This document shows positions 25,801-40,034 of a DNA stretch of 64,000 nucleotides, piece after piece. Source of the stretch: Octopus vulgaris (Eukaryota); NCBI GenBank assembly GCA_951406725.2, contig OX597816.1, positions 136,524,001 through 136,588,000 on the forward strand, read 5' to 3'. Numbering within the stretch: the first letter of the stretch is position 1; every line of letters starts with the position of its first letter. A program made the position numbers and the translations under genes. The notes beneath the pieces are model-generated. The model searched no databases, had not been told where the DNA came from, and worked only from the letters and a program-made list of their open reading frames with translations.

Positions 25801-28800
25801 ACATATATATATAATTGTATATTTGTTATGTGTGTAAGATTGTATACACACTCACATTGATAGTGTATCTGTATGCATTTCAGAATTCTTATTGAGAATA
25901 TCTTTCTGCATTGAGGGTGGGTCTTTCACATAAAATGTGTATATATGTGTTAGACTATTGTATTTATGGCATCTACCAGCTACCAACATGCATATATACT
26001 ATATTGTGTGTATGTGTGCATTTATATATGTAAATGCACTTGTGTATGTGTCTGCATTTATATATACATACTTACACACGCAGGCACATTGGAAACAGGA
26101 TTATTATTATCAAAGATAATGTTATGAAACATGTATTGTTATCAGCACTAGTAGGTCCTAAACTCATATTTTAAAACAAATTAAAAATTATCTGCTTACT
26201 AAAATCGAAGCTCTGGACATGTGTGTTTGTGTATTTTTATATTACTTTATTTTTGCTATTTTACTGATTTCAATCATTAGACTGCAACCATGTTGGGACA
26301 TGATCTTGAAATGTTTAATCAATCAAACTGACCCCAGTTTAATACATATTGTAGAGGCCTCTATTTTGTTTTTTTCCAAACTACTAATCTATAAGGATGT
26401 AAACGAGCACCAATTGTCAAGTAGTCTCATGTAAAAGACAAAGTACAAAAAGTGATAAACACATAGATGCATGTACACACACTTATGCATATGCATATAC
26501 ATGTGCACACAAATATACACAGGCTGTGATATCCAGTTTTTGCCTAGATGCTGAAATTTAGCTTTTCCCTAAGGTTGAGGCCAAAGTAACCCAGCTGTAC
26601 TTCTTGAATGTTAACAGTTGATATCCGTCCTATTTCTTCCTAAAAATCTGTTGTACCAAATGAAATCATTTGAAAGCTAACATTACATGTGTATGTGCTC
26701 CCAACGCTTGCTTTTGATTTTGTTGTTATTGTTGGATATGCATCATCATTGTCGTTGTCATCATCATCATCATCATCGTTGCTTTTAACATCCGAATTTC
26801 CATGCTGTTTCCCCATCACCACTTGGCAGCTGGTGTTGGTGTGTTTGTGTCTCTGTAACTTATTGGTTTGGCCATTAGAATAAGTACCAGGCATAAAAAG
26901 TAAGTCCTGGGATCAATTTGTTCAACTAAAACTCTTCGAGGTGGATGCTCCAGAATGGTCACTGTTAAATGACTGTAACAAGTAAAAGAATAAAAGAATC
27001 CTTGAATTTAGGACATCGGTTTCACTTTTGGTGCTCAGAATAAAATCATATTGTTTGATGAGGGTGAATTCAGAAGTTACGTCTTCTTTTGTAGTTCATT
27101 TGATTTCAGATGATTTGTTTTGTTCTTACATATTTATGTATGCTTGTGTGTATGTAAGTGTGTATAGGTGTGGCTTTGTGATTAAAAGTTTGCTGTGTTC
27201 AGTCCTGTTGCATGGCACCTTGGGCAAGTGTCTTCTACTATAGGTTTGGGCTGACCAAAGCCATGTGAGTGGATTTGGTTGGTGGAAACTGATAGGAACC
27301 CATTATATGTGCGTGTGTCTTTGATCTGTGTTTGTCCCCCACCACTGTTTGACAGCTGGTGTTGGTGTGCTTACATCTGTGTTCGGTAAAAGAGAGCAGT
27401 CAAATAAGTACCAGCCTTAACAATAAAATAAGTAAAGGGGTCAATTAGTTTGACTAAAATTCTTCAAGGCAATGCCCCAGCATGACCACAGTCTGATAAC
27501 TGGAACAAATGAAGGGTGAACGATACACACTTAAATACACCTTTGTTGTTGATTTGATCAATCCACAAAGTATAATCAGTTAGTTCTGCATAGGCATTAC
27601 AATATAAGTATATGAAATTCACATAAATATAGCAGGAACAGAATAAATACGTGAAGTTCTGACAAGCAAAACTTGTAGCTGAAAAAGCATAATATTAAGA
27701 AATGAAGCCTCAGCAATGGAAGAGTGTGTACAATGAAAATAAGTAGCTCCTTTTATTTTATACTTGTTTCAATCAAGCTATATGATTAATAAGTTCATTT
27801 TGCAAACATGGTTCTCCAGATTTGATCCTACTGTGTGGCTTCTTGAACTGATGTTATTTTTTATAGACTTGGGTTGATCCCTAATTTGTGAGTGAAATTG
27901 GGTAGGCAGAAACTTTATAGAAGACTGTTGGGTGGATTGTACCAGTACATATGAATGTGTAGTCTTGTCACACTGTGTTGTGCTAATTCTATATGACAAT
28001 TATGTTAATCCTTTAGCATCCATATATCTCTAGCAAATCTAGGGCATATTTATTCACATTGTTTTGAATTTGTCATGCATTATCTTGTAGCATTGAGATT
28101 TCAATCATGTAATTGTTTATTTTGTTAGAATGACATTTTAGGACAGGTGTGAAAGGCCAGATTTGGCTGGTCTGAACATAAGAAAGGTAAAATATTTGAG
28201 CTGGATGTGGCCATTTTCAGTGCTAAAGGATTGAGAGTATATATGTCTGTGGAATGCTGAAACACTAACACATTAATCCAAAAGGTAATCCAGTTGATCA
28301 AACAACTGAATCCACATCAAATCACAGAAGCCCATCACCACATATGTGTATGTATACAACAGCTAAATTCCCCCCACAAATCATTGCACACACACATACA
28401 ATAGTGAGTTGAAAAACATCAATTAACTGAGATTATTCTCACAGTTAGAAAACAAAAGCTCTTTCTGCTGATATTTAGAATCTAAAAATAACAAGCAAGG
28501 TAGATAACCCCAATGAAATCAACTGATTCTAATTTTTGGAAAATTAAGTACATGCATTCATATACATACCTAACTGTATCATGTGTGTGTGTGTGTGTGT
28601 GTGTGTGATCACACATTCATTTTGTATTTTATTTCAATTACACATGTGCACACACATGAGTGTATTTATGTATGTCTGTGTAAAACTCTTGCTTAAGTAG
28701 CTTCTTTTTGTTTGTGCTTCTATATGTTGCCCCCCCCCTTCTCAGCTGAGGCTTTTCTTGCAAGTTACTTGGTAACTTCACTGATGATGCTGCCACATAA

Positions 28801-31800
28801 AAAGCACCTGTACACTTTGTAAAATGGTTGGCACTAAGAAGGGCACCCAGCCCTAGAAAACATGCCAGAGCAAACAGTTAGAGCCTGGTGCAGTGTTCTG
28901 GCTTGCCAGCTCCTGTTAAACTGCCCAATCCATTATGCGTGTGTGCATGAGGGTGCATGGCTCAGTGGTTAGAGTGTTGTACTCAGGGTGCGTTGTGTTC
29001 TTAAGCAAAACATTTCATCTCACATTGCTCTGTGATCACTTTGACACTTTATGTGTGGCACACAGTGCATTAGTTCAGGCAACGTCGATTTGATGGAGAG
29101 AATGAGCTAATGTATGGCATGAACATTTGATCACTATAACAAATCATTTGTGCAGGTCGTTTGGCAAAAACTGAACACAACACTCATTTGTTGTCTTCGA
29201 CAGGAGTTCATCGTGTGTGTGTGTGTAACCTGCTAGTGATACACTCCTCCTCTCATTACGAAGAGTATAAAGGAGGGGTGGTAGGAGGCTGGTGGGATTA
29301 ATAAAAATTTAAATACTTTCCCCCACTGTAAATCTATGTTAATCTGCAAATATAAGCAGGATTGTGCTGTTGAAGATGTTAAGCTGATTAGCTTATTAGC
29401 AATCTTGGACAATGCTTTCTTTTCATCATTATCACTGCCATCGTCATCATCATCAACAACCATTTTGTCTTAATAAACTTGATCTGTCTTCTTATTTACA
29501 GAGGAGGGGGAGATAGTGGTGGTGGGTGGGGAAGATGTTTACTGCCATCATTGTCTTTAATACACAAGTATCATGCTCCCCACCACCATCAACTCTTCAT
29601 CTCAGCATCTGTTGCTTATCTTTTATGAATCATGACTGCAGTTCACCACCATGACCACCACTAGTACTACTACTATCTCTACCACTACCACACTCTGGCA
29701 TCAGGCCATTGTCCAAGCTTTGCCCATTCATGCTCTCATGATGAACAGTACCACTGTATTCCACATCTATAGTACCTACCAATCTCATACTAATACTATG
29801 TGCAACAGCATCACCAAAGGATCCTCTACATGGTTACTCATCCTGCTAGAAATAGCAGCCAAATATTTCTCTACTGTCTTATAGGATACAAATGATGTAG
29901 TCCTAGATATTTCTGGAAATGACTGAATGGCCATGGTTGGAATGCCTTTGCTCATAGTCCTTACTGACTTGGTTTGACCTGGTGCTAAACAACTCACTAC
30001 TATATTGTACCTTACCACTAAACCATTTCTTTTGTGTTTTATCTTTTTCCACTTTCTCTTTATATCACTATATCACCCTCCCTTCCTTCCTTTCTCATAG
30101 ACATAACTTTACACATTTTCTCTGAATCTGCTTTTTGACAACTCTTGATAGACTCATAATATTCTTCCACCTGGCCAACCAATGCCTTGTGAGTAAATTT
30201 AGTAAACAGAAACTGTGTTAGGAGCCCTTAGTGTAATATAGTTACATAAGGGTGCAGGCGTGGCTGTGTGGTAAGAAGCTTGCTTCCCAACCACATGATT
30301 TTGGGCAAGTGTCTTCTACTGTAGCTTCAGGTTGATCAAAGCCTTGAGAGTGGATTTGATAATTGGAAACAGAAAGAAGCTCTTCGTGTCCGTTGCCAGC
30401 CTCGCCTGGCCCTCGTGCCGGTGGCACATAAAAAGCACCATCCGTTCGTGGCCGTTTGCCAGCTCTGTCTGGCACCAGTGCGGGTGGCACGTAAAAAGCA
30501 CCCACTACACTCACGGAGTGGTTGGCGTTAGGAAGGGCATCCAGCCGTAGAAACACTGCCAGATTTGACTGGGCCTGATGAAGCCTTCTGGCTTCACAGA
30601 CCCCAGTAGAACCGTCCAACCCATGCTAGCATGGAAAACGGACGCTAAACGATGATGATGATGATGATATATATATATATATAAAATACAAAATGGGACA
30701 AGAATGCAAAACATCCGGGCAGCTAGGTGATATGAAAAGGGACAACAAAACATCCAGATAGATGATACAAAGAAAATAAGGACAGGTCATTCAAAGTTTT
30801 CTTTCTTCAGTCAATCACCAGATTATCCTCACAATTTCAACTGATTATTCTTGAGATTGCTCCTATATATATGTATATATTTGTTGTCTTTGTGTTTGTC
30901 CCTCCACCATCACTTGACAACTGATGTTGGTGTGTCCACATCCCTATAACTTAGCAGTTCAACAAAAGAGACCAATAGAATAAGTACTAGGCTTACAATG
31001 AATGAATCCTGGGATCGATTTCTTCGGTGCTCCAGAATAGCTGCAGTCAAATGACTGAAACAAGTAAAAGAACATACATATACTCTTTTATCTTTTACTT
31101 GTTTCAGTCATTAGACTGCAGCCATATTGGAGAATTTTTAGGTGAAGGAATCAACCCCAGTACTTAATTTTGTTAAGCCTGGTGGCTTATATCGGTCTCT
31201 TTTGCCAAACTGTTAAATTGTAGGGACATAAACACACCAACACTGGTTTTTGAGTGGTGGTGGGGAACAGATACAGACACAAAAACACACACGTGTACAC
31301 ACACATATATGACAGTCTTTCAATTTCTGCTTACCAAATTCACTCACAAAGCTTTGATTGACCCAAAGCTGTAGTAGAGGTTACTAGCCCAAGGTGCCAT
31401 GTTTTGGGACTGAACCCGGAACCGTGTGGTTGAACAGCAAGCTTCTTACCACGCGCATGCTTGTGTGTATGTTTATGTTGTCCCCTGCCACTGCTGACAA
31501 CCAGTGTTTGTTATGTCCGTCTCCGTAACTTACTAGTTTGACAAAAGAGACTGATAGAATATGTACCAGATTTTAAAAATAAAAAGGTCCTGGGGCCAAA
31601 TTGATTTTGATTAAATCCCTGAAGATGATGCCCTTACATGGCTGCCATCCAATGACTGATATGTATAAAATGTGTGTGTTTGTTCACCCCACCACTCTAC
31701 GTTGGTGTTTGTTTACATCTCCATAACTTAGCAGTTCAGCAAAAGAGATTGATAGAATAAGTGCAAGATTTTTTTAAAAAAAGTACTGCACTGGCCCAGC

Positions 31801-32509
31801 ATGGCTGCAGTGCAATAACAGAAACAAGTAAAAAGTATTATCTATATTGGTTTGTAAAATTAAATTTTATGATTAATCTCTGCTTTGTGCATTGCAAAAA
31901 AAAAAAAAAAGGAAAAAATGTCATTTTACTTCAACATTAGATATAAATGGAAAATATCTGTCTATATTTTTGTACCACTACAAACTATCATGTGTATCCA
32001 ATATCATTATTCCTAACACATGGAACATATGTTCTAAGTTTCAAAAGGAGTTTTTTGGGGGTTTTTTTCTTCTTTTTTTAATACCTTTTCCTTCTTTGAA
32101 ACCTAATCAACCAACAAATCTAAAGAATAATGTCCAAAACATTGGGTAAAATAGACTTTTTAATGAGAAATTACATCAAGTTACTTCAAATAGATTACTT
32201 ATTCCAAAATGTAATTACCTGCTGAAAAGGAAAAAAACTGCACCAAATTTCAGGTATTGTGCAAAACAGCTATGAATAAAATTTAATTTATATGAGTTGG
32301 GTGATGTTATCTACAAACAAGTTCATGATTATTTCATGGCATTTACTAAAATTGTGTATTAATGTTTATTGTTCAGTTTGTTTTATGTTTTAGTTTTTAT
32401 GTTATCTTTTATTTTTTACTTGTTTCACTCATTGACTGTAGCCATGCTGGGGTACCACCTTGAAATTTTTTAGTTGAATAAAATTGACCCCTAGTACTTT
32501 TGTTTTTAA

Positions 32510-32729
32510 CCCTTTAGCATTCAGATTACTCTATTAGGTGTAAGGTTTATTTATTCACATTGTTTTGAATTAATAATGCATTATTTCATAGCTTTGAGAT
32601 TCTGATGATGTGATTGTTTATTTTTAGAATGCCATTCTCGGGCAGGTGTGAGAGGCCAGATCTGGCCAGTTTAAATATCAAACAGGTAGAATATTTGGGT
32701 TAGATAGGGCTGGTTTAAATGCCAAAGGG
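32510..32729 (+). mobile_element. piggyBac-type MITE family 2, inserted in a SINE
   Basis: TTAA TSD and TIR ccctttagcat/atgccaaaggg. Other copies at ~1300-1459(-), 3527-3960(-), 5091-5762 (split by a SINE), 28005-28232, 33150-33280, 35072-35225, 50688-50897, 59791-60010, 61755-61970(-). Confidence 0.8.
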
Positions 32730-34214
32730 TTAAGTCTGGTACTTATTCTGCTAGCCATTTTACCAAACTCCTAAGTTACAAGGACAAACAAACCAATATC
32801 AGTTGTCAAACAGTGTAGAGGACAAACATACACACATATTTTATATGATAGGCTTCCACGTAGTTTCCATTCACCAGATTCAGTCTCTGAATGGATTAAG
32901 GATGGTGCGTAATTTAGTGCTAATATATAGTTTCACACTAGATTTGACTCATTCAATTTTCACTTGAATCCTAAAAATTGTGATTTTTTGTTTTATATAT
33001 ATATACTTTTTAGTCTTTTCTTTTACTATATGTTTAACTATAATAGCCATGTAGCTATAAGTCTCTGTGTTTGCTTGATCTGTTTAAAAAAAAAAAACAG
33101 CTAAATCTCTCTTCTGAAGTCATCCTCACCATTTTTATTTTTAATTATTTTAACCCTTTAGCATTCAGATTATTCTGTCAAATGTAATGCTTATTTATTC
33201 ACATTGTTTTGAATTAAGCATTTTATCTCGTTGCTTGAAGATTTCGATGATGTGATTATTTGTTTTTAGAATGACATTGTTGAGTATTGTTTCTACAGCT
33301 GGACATCCTTCCTAGTGCTCTATAGAGTATACTGGGTGCATTTTATTATGGAACTAACATTAAAGCAGTTGTCACATCCATGACAAGATTAAAAGGTCCT
33401 GATCCTATGATGTCTCCTTATTCAGCAATCACCACAGTGTGTATTGATACATTTTATTATGACACCAGCACTAGAGAGGTTGTCATGTTCTCAACATGAC
33501 TAAGGAGCCCAGCCAACCCTTTGATGTTACCATTTGTTTGTCATTCACTTTACAATGTGTACTATGTGTATCATGGCACCAGTATTAGTGAAATTGCCTT
33601 GAACACCTTTACCGTTCTGTATTGTCTTTGTTTGTTCAAAGCAACATGACTCTCTATAGGTAGAGAAAAGAGGATGATGGCAGAAGGTGAACTTGGAGGA
33701 GCAAAGGAAAGAAAAGAGAGCGATTAGAAAGAAAGTGTTGAAGAAGAGAGACAAAGGAGAAATGAGAGAGGCAATTATTGAAAACTGATGAGGAGAGATA
33801 GTAAAAGTAGGGTGTAATGAGAGAAACAGTAATGGCCTAGGGAGAGACACTAATGACTGCAACATGTTTGCAGATAAAGGAAAAAGAATGAGTAGTGGAT
33901 AGTTGTAGAAATGCTCTGTAGTAATAGAGTGTGATGGATATCAATAAAGAGTGATGTAGACGAGGAGAGGTATCAGCAACAATTAGTATAGCAGTGGAGA
34001 TGATAATATTTGCTGGTAGGCGAGAGCATAATGAAAAAAAAGTGCAGTTCCTTCCCAAGTCAAAGACTCATAAGGCCGGTTTTCCCAGTTTCCATGACAT
34101 ATATATTCCTCACCTGGACAGGATGTAGGCCTGTCACAGGATTACTCATTTTTGCTAGCTGAGTGAACTGGAGCAATGTGAAATGAAGTGTCTTGCTCAA
34201 GAGCACAAAACAAA

Positions 34215-34860
34215 GGGATGGCTGTCAATAAAAAGTGACCTGGGCAAGAAGATGCAGTGGTGAGTAACACCTCTTCAAGAGTGGTTCAGATAATTGAGAG
34301 AATCTATTTCCTTAAGTGTTCTTAATGCCTCTTACTCCAGTACACCAACTACAAATGGAATCTATTATCTCTGTTGGCCTGCTTGTAAATTCCACTGTAC
34401 ATCGAGTGTGTCTATTTTTTACCTTGCAATTTTTACCTACAACTTTTCCACATACCAAGCACAACCATTTCTGTGGTGGTATTAGTGTCTTGTCTTCTTT
34501 CCTACTTATTAAAACTTTAGTCTCTGCTAAGTTTATTTTAACATTCTTCGTTTCTGAGTTTTGCTTCCATGATTGGAATTTCTGTTCCAAATCTTTTGCA
34601 AGTTCTCTTGCAAAACTTAAGTCCTCAACATACAGGAGTCATCAAGGACATTCAGCCTTAAATTCCTTTTATGGCTTAGAGGGTTGAAAGCTGAACCCTG
34701 ATGAACCCTTACCTGCATGCTGAATTCTTTTTGCTGAAGTCATTGCTGAATCTTCCCTTGTTAGCTGTACCTTCACAAACCATTTATCTGTCTCTAACTT
34801 GTTAGCAACCACCAGATCACAGAGCAAGGGACTCTGTAAGAGGCCTTTAGGTTGCTGATG
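34215..34860 (-). mobile_element. RTE-clade LINE fragment (RT C-terminal part and Cys-rich motif), disrupted
   Basis: Minus strand gives EFSMQVRVHQGSA, EFKAECP**LLYVEDL (YADD-like) and KINLAETKVLIS...WLCLVCGKVVGKN. Confidence 0.8.
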
Positions 34861-36328
34861 TAAGGTACCACTAGGAATATGTCATAAGTGGTACATCTTC
34901 CTGTGCATGCACACTCTCTAAATAGACAAATAAACCCCTGCAGCTATCCATTTCCTGCAGCCTTTCTGCTCCTCTGTTCTCATTCCCCTTACCTGCAAAT
35001 GTTCTAAGTACAATAGGCAGAACATCTCTTCATGTAATTACTTGACCCTAGATCAATCCTGGTCAAAGACATTTAACTCTTTAGCATTCCGATTACTCTG
35101 TCAAATGCAATGCTTATTTATTCACATTGTTTTGAATTAATCATGCATTATCTTGTAGCTTCGAGATTTCTATCATATGGTTGTTTATTTTTTAGAATAA
35201 CATTGTAGGGTAGGTGCGACAGGCCTGAACTAAGTTCTTTTCAAGCAGCTTATGCAAGACATCATTATGCAATATCTGCACTGTAAGATTGTTGGGTGTA
35301 GTTTGAAAGGAATGTTGCATACTAATTCCAGGAAATTATGCCAAGCCTGTTGATCCTCCATCTCCTGTTAGGGGACTTTTATCCCCTTCTGAACTTTAAC
35401 ACCAGCACTACCATAAACATCCACCACACATCACTACACACTACCTCCGTTTGTGTTTATGCACCACACCACAAAACCTCCACACCATCTTCTTGTTTAT
35501 GTACATACCACTCTGCTATTCTGTCCCACAGTACTTCTATTCCTGTCTGCGCACCCCCATCACTTTTCTTGTTTACATTTGGTGCTACCTTGCCATCCCA
35601 CTTAACACAACAATACTCCTGAACTGTACATCACATCGTTTCCTTTCCAAGCATTATTACTCCATTAGTGTGTATATATTTACACTACAACACCACCACA
35701 TCCAGCCCTATGTACTACTGCACGACCGACCATAAGTTATCGGCAGAACTTGTATCAAATCCTTAATTCATTCAGACCAATATTCCTCTACTCCACACAC
35801 ACATGCATGCCCACAAACACACATACATACAGCTAAAATACAGTGCATACATTTTTAGACAGTCATCTGTCATGTACAAGTGATACACACACACATACAC
35901 ACGCATATAAACTCATATAGAGAGAAGTAAAACATATGACTCAGCCCCACACACACTCGGTGACAATAACAGTGGTAACTAACATGCAATATGTACACTT
36001 AATAAGCACATAGAAACATCAGTGACAACAGTGGATGAGAGAGAGACTATACTGCTACCGCTGCTGCCACTACTACCTGAGACATGTTCCTGTCTCGTTG
36101 ATATCACTAGACAACTGATGTGTGACAACAGTATGTCTCTAACAATGTCCTTGTGTGTGATGTGTCAAATAATTCTAACTATTTGACAGTACAGTATGGC
36201 ATTGGTGGCATTAGTAACAGCCTGCCCCGGTGAGCTGGAGGGTGGGGGACTAATGTGTAATGGTCATTCCATAATTTATCAGCATCAGGAATAGGTTTGA
36301 TATAGTTTTTATTTTGTATTTGTTTCTC

Positions 36329-36375
<47 letters not shown>

Positions 36376-37239
36376 GCCCCTCTCTTGTCTGGACTTCTGT
36401 AGGTTATTTCTTGTTTGTTTTCTATCTGCTTATAACAACAATCACAGCCCCCCCCCCCCCTCTGCACCCTCCTCCAGTACCATTTCACATACTACTTCCA
36501 TACTATATTATATGCATCCTCCATCATACCACTGTCTCACACACACGCACATATGCATGCATGTACCAACCACAGACTACCGCTTTTTTATATCATTATA
36601 ATCTCCACACGATGCCAGCATCACTGTGTGTTAAGAAGCTTGCTTCCCAACCACACGGTTCCAGTTTCAATCCCACTGTATGACACCTTGGGCAAGTGTC
36701 TTTTACTTTAACCTTAGGCCAACCAAACCCTTGTGAGTAGATTGAGACTGAAAGAAGCCCATCGTATATATACATGTGTGTGTTTTTGTGTCTGTCCCCT
36801 ACCACCGCTTGACAACTGGTACTGATGTGTTTATGTTTCCATAACTTAGTGATTCAATAAAAGAGACCAATAGAATAAGTACCATGCTTTAAAAAAATTA
36901 GTGCCAGGGTCGATATATTCAACCGAAAATTCTTTAAGGCAGTGCTCTGCCCCAGCATGGCCACGGCCTAATGACTGAAACAAGTTAAAGATAAAAGATA
37001 CACATATGCCAATCCTTACATATCACTTTTATATACTATTATAAACCACTACCACTACCACCACCACAATATCCATTGTATCTCCTCCATCCCCAACTCT
37101 AAATTTGTATTGTGACTTTTGAGTGTATTTACTTCAGTTGATTTGTGAAACTGAATAACTTAGCAGTAGTTAATCTGTTGTTTATGGTTTAAATTCATGT
37201 CACACATGTATCGCATTCAATTCACTGCACTGTAAACAC

Positions 37240-38250
37240 ATCCCACATGTAGTTGTCTATACCCACTGAAACAGGTGTCTCTTTTTAATTGGCAACACCC
37301 CTCTACATGTGCCGTGTTTAGTTGACTGTTTTTAAACATGTGCCACATCTGGTTGGCTATACCCCACATCTACTTAACTATACTCTTCTACATGTGTTAC
37401 ATCTAGTTAACTATACCCCTATGTGTGCATTATATCTATACATGTGCTACATCCAGTTGACTGTAGCCTTACACATATGCAACATGTAGTTGACTATACC
37501 CCTTATACATGTACCACATCAAGTTGACTATACTCTTAAACATGTGCCTCATCTAGTTAGCTAGATCCCTATACATGTGTTACATCCAATTAACTATGCC
37601 CCTAAATATGCATTATACCTATACATGTGCTGTATTTTGCTGACTATACCTCTATACATGTATCACGTCTAGTTTTCTATATAACCACTATACTTGGAAG
37701 TATATATATCGTTTTTCTTTTTTTGTCTTTTACTTGTTTCACTTAGAGGACTGCTTTTATTGGGGGTACCACCTTGGATGAGTTTAGGGGAGCAAATCGC
37801 TCCCAGTGCTTATTTTTGAATATTGTATTTTTAATTTATCAGTCTCTTTTGCCAAACAGTTAAGTTACATAGATGTAAACCAACCAACACCAGTGGTCAT
37901 AGTAGAGGACACACACACACATATATATAGGAAGGGCTTCCACACAGTTTCCATTTGCCATATTAACTCACAAGGGTTTGGTTGGCCTGGGGCTATAGTA
38001 GAAGACACTTTTCCAAAGTGTGATACCTTGCACAGTAGTATTGAACCTGAAACCACATGAGCTACATATTGCTAACTATAATCCCTTACCCATGTGCCAC
38101 TGTTATTTGACCATAGACCTGAATTTATGCCTCCTTTAGTCAATTATATGTTCTGTGTCTGGGCTACATTTAGTTATCTGTACTCTTGTATCTGGGCTAC
38201 ATTTAATTGAGTGTAACTTTATATCTGAAATGCATTTAATTGACTAAGCC
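37240..38250. repeat. Degenerate ~33-bp minisatellite (atacatgtgctacatctagttgactatacccct), split by a SINE at ~37710-38058
   Basis: About a dozen units in 37240-37695 and several more decayed units in 38060-38250. Confidence 0.75.
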
Positions 38251-39119
38251 CTTTCTTTACAAGAATTTCTTCTAGTTTCTAATTAAATCAAATGGATATT
38301 CTTTTGGATTACACATGTGTGTGTGTCACTAATTGTGATACACTCTGTTTATTATTATGTGCCTTGTTGCTCTGTGTGTATGTATGTGTATATTTAATAT
38401 AATATATGTATATTATATAATATATGTGTGTGTGTGTGTGTGTTTAATATAAGACAGCAAGCTGGAGAAATTGTTAGCATGCTGGGAAAAATGGTTAGTG
38501 ATATTTTGTCCATCTTTGCTTCTTAGTTCAAATTCTGCCAAGTTTGACTTAGCCTGTCATCCCTTTGGGTCAATTAAATAAGTACCAGTTGAATACTGGG
38601 GTTGATATAATCGACTTAAACACTGGTTTTGTATCAATATTTATATGTATATATAATATATATTCGTGTATATCTGTATCTATAAACATACAGGTCATGA
38701 ATAACTTTGGCTCAGGCTTGGCTATGTGGTGAGAAGTTTGCTTCCCAACCACATGGTTTCAGGTTCAGATGCACTGCTTGCAATCTTGGGCAAGTTTCTT
38801 CTACTATAGCCCCTGGCTGACCAAAGGCTTGTGAGTGGATTTGGTAATCAGAAAATGAAGGTTAAAAAAGCCCATCATGTAAATGTCTGTGTGTATGTTA
38901 CTGTCTTGCTTCACATAATATTTGTAAAAGAATGTTACCATCTTACAAGTTGTATCCTTTATTTCCAATCTTTCATGAAAACATGTCTGGTAAAACAGGT
39001 AATATTACCTCACTCGAAAACAGCTGAGTGTTGACAACAGAAAGGGCATCCAGTTGTAGAAAATTCACCTCAACAAATACTAACCAGCTCGTGCAAGCAT
39101 GGAAAATTGGACATTAAAA

Positions 39120-39480
39120 TTATTATTATTATTATTCCTCTTAACTGTGGTTTTGTTGGAACTCCTGGAGTTTTGCATGTGTTGCAGACTAGCTACCTGC
39201 AGCTGCAGTACCATGCTGTTATTTTCAACTACCTAATACTTTTCTGATTATTCTAGCTATACCAAGGAGGAAAACCTTTTGTAACAGCTCTACTGGGCAC
39301 TCTATTCTGATATCCTTTATATTCCTCTTGATGCCTTCTGATACTGTCCCCAAGGATCCAACAGTAATTGGCACTGTCTTCACCTTCTTCATTTTCCATA
39401 ACAAGGCTATTTCATACTTAAGAGGATTGTATGTATCTATTTTTTGTGCCTTCGTTCTTGACTATCCGTGTGTCAAAGGA
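39120..39480 (-). mobile_element. Dong/R4-clade non-LTR retrotransposon 3' end (restriction-like endonuclease C-terminus) with (TAA)n tail
   Basis: Minus strand: PFDTRIVK (frameshift) QKIDTYNPLKYEIALLWKMKKVKTVPITVGSLGTVSEGIKRNIKDIRIECPVELLQKVFLLGIARIIRKVLGS*, then a short UTR and AAT repeats at ~39120-39136. Confidence 0.8.
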
Positions 39481-40034
39481 GTTAGCATACCAGGCAAAAT
39501 GCTTAGTGCTATTTCACCTGTTTTTATGTTCTGAGTTCAAATTCTGCCACGGTTGATTTTGCCTTTCATCTTTTTGGGGTTGATGAAATAAGTACCAGTT
39601 GTGCTTGTTTTCTTTGTATTGTCTGTCTGGATGTTTTGTTGTCCCTTTTTTGTATCACATAGTTATATATACAAAACGTTTGGCAGCAGCTTGATGTGTG
39701 AGAAAGTAGAATAAAGAATTTTTCTTGATAAACAATTAAGCGTTAGTATTAGAGAAAAGCATCCAGCTGTAAAATGCTCTCTCTCAACTAGTCTCAGTCA
39801 ACCCACGTTGGGATGGAAGAACAAGCAAAAGAAATGTTCTGTGTGTGTATTATAAACATGTATGTGTGTGTGTGTGTATTTTATAAGGGTTGGCTACAAG
39901 GAGGGCATCCAGCTGTAGAAAATCTGCTTCATTAAACTCCATCCCATCTCTGCAAGCCTGGAAAAATGAACATTAAACTGATGATGATGATGATGATGAT
40001 ATACATATGTATGAATACATATATATAAATATAT

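Noticed and set aside
37240-37695. CRISPR-like periodic array
   Set aside because: Contiguous degenerate units without unique spacers, eukaryotic context, no cas genes.
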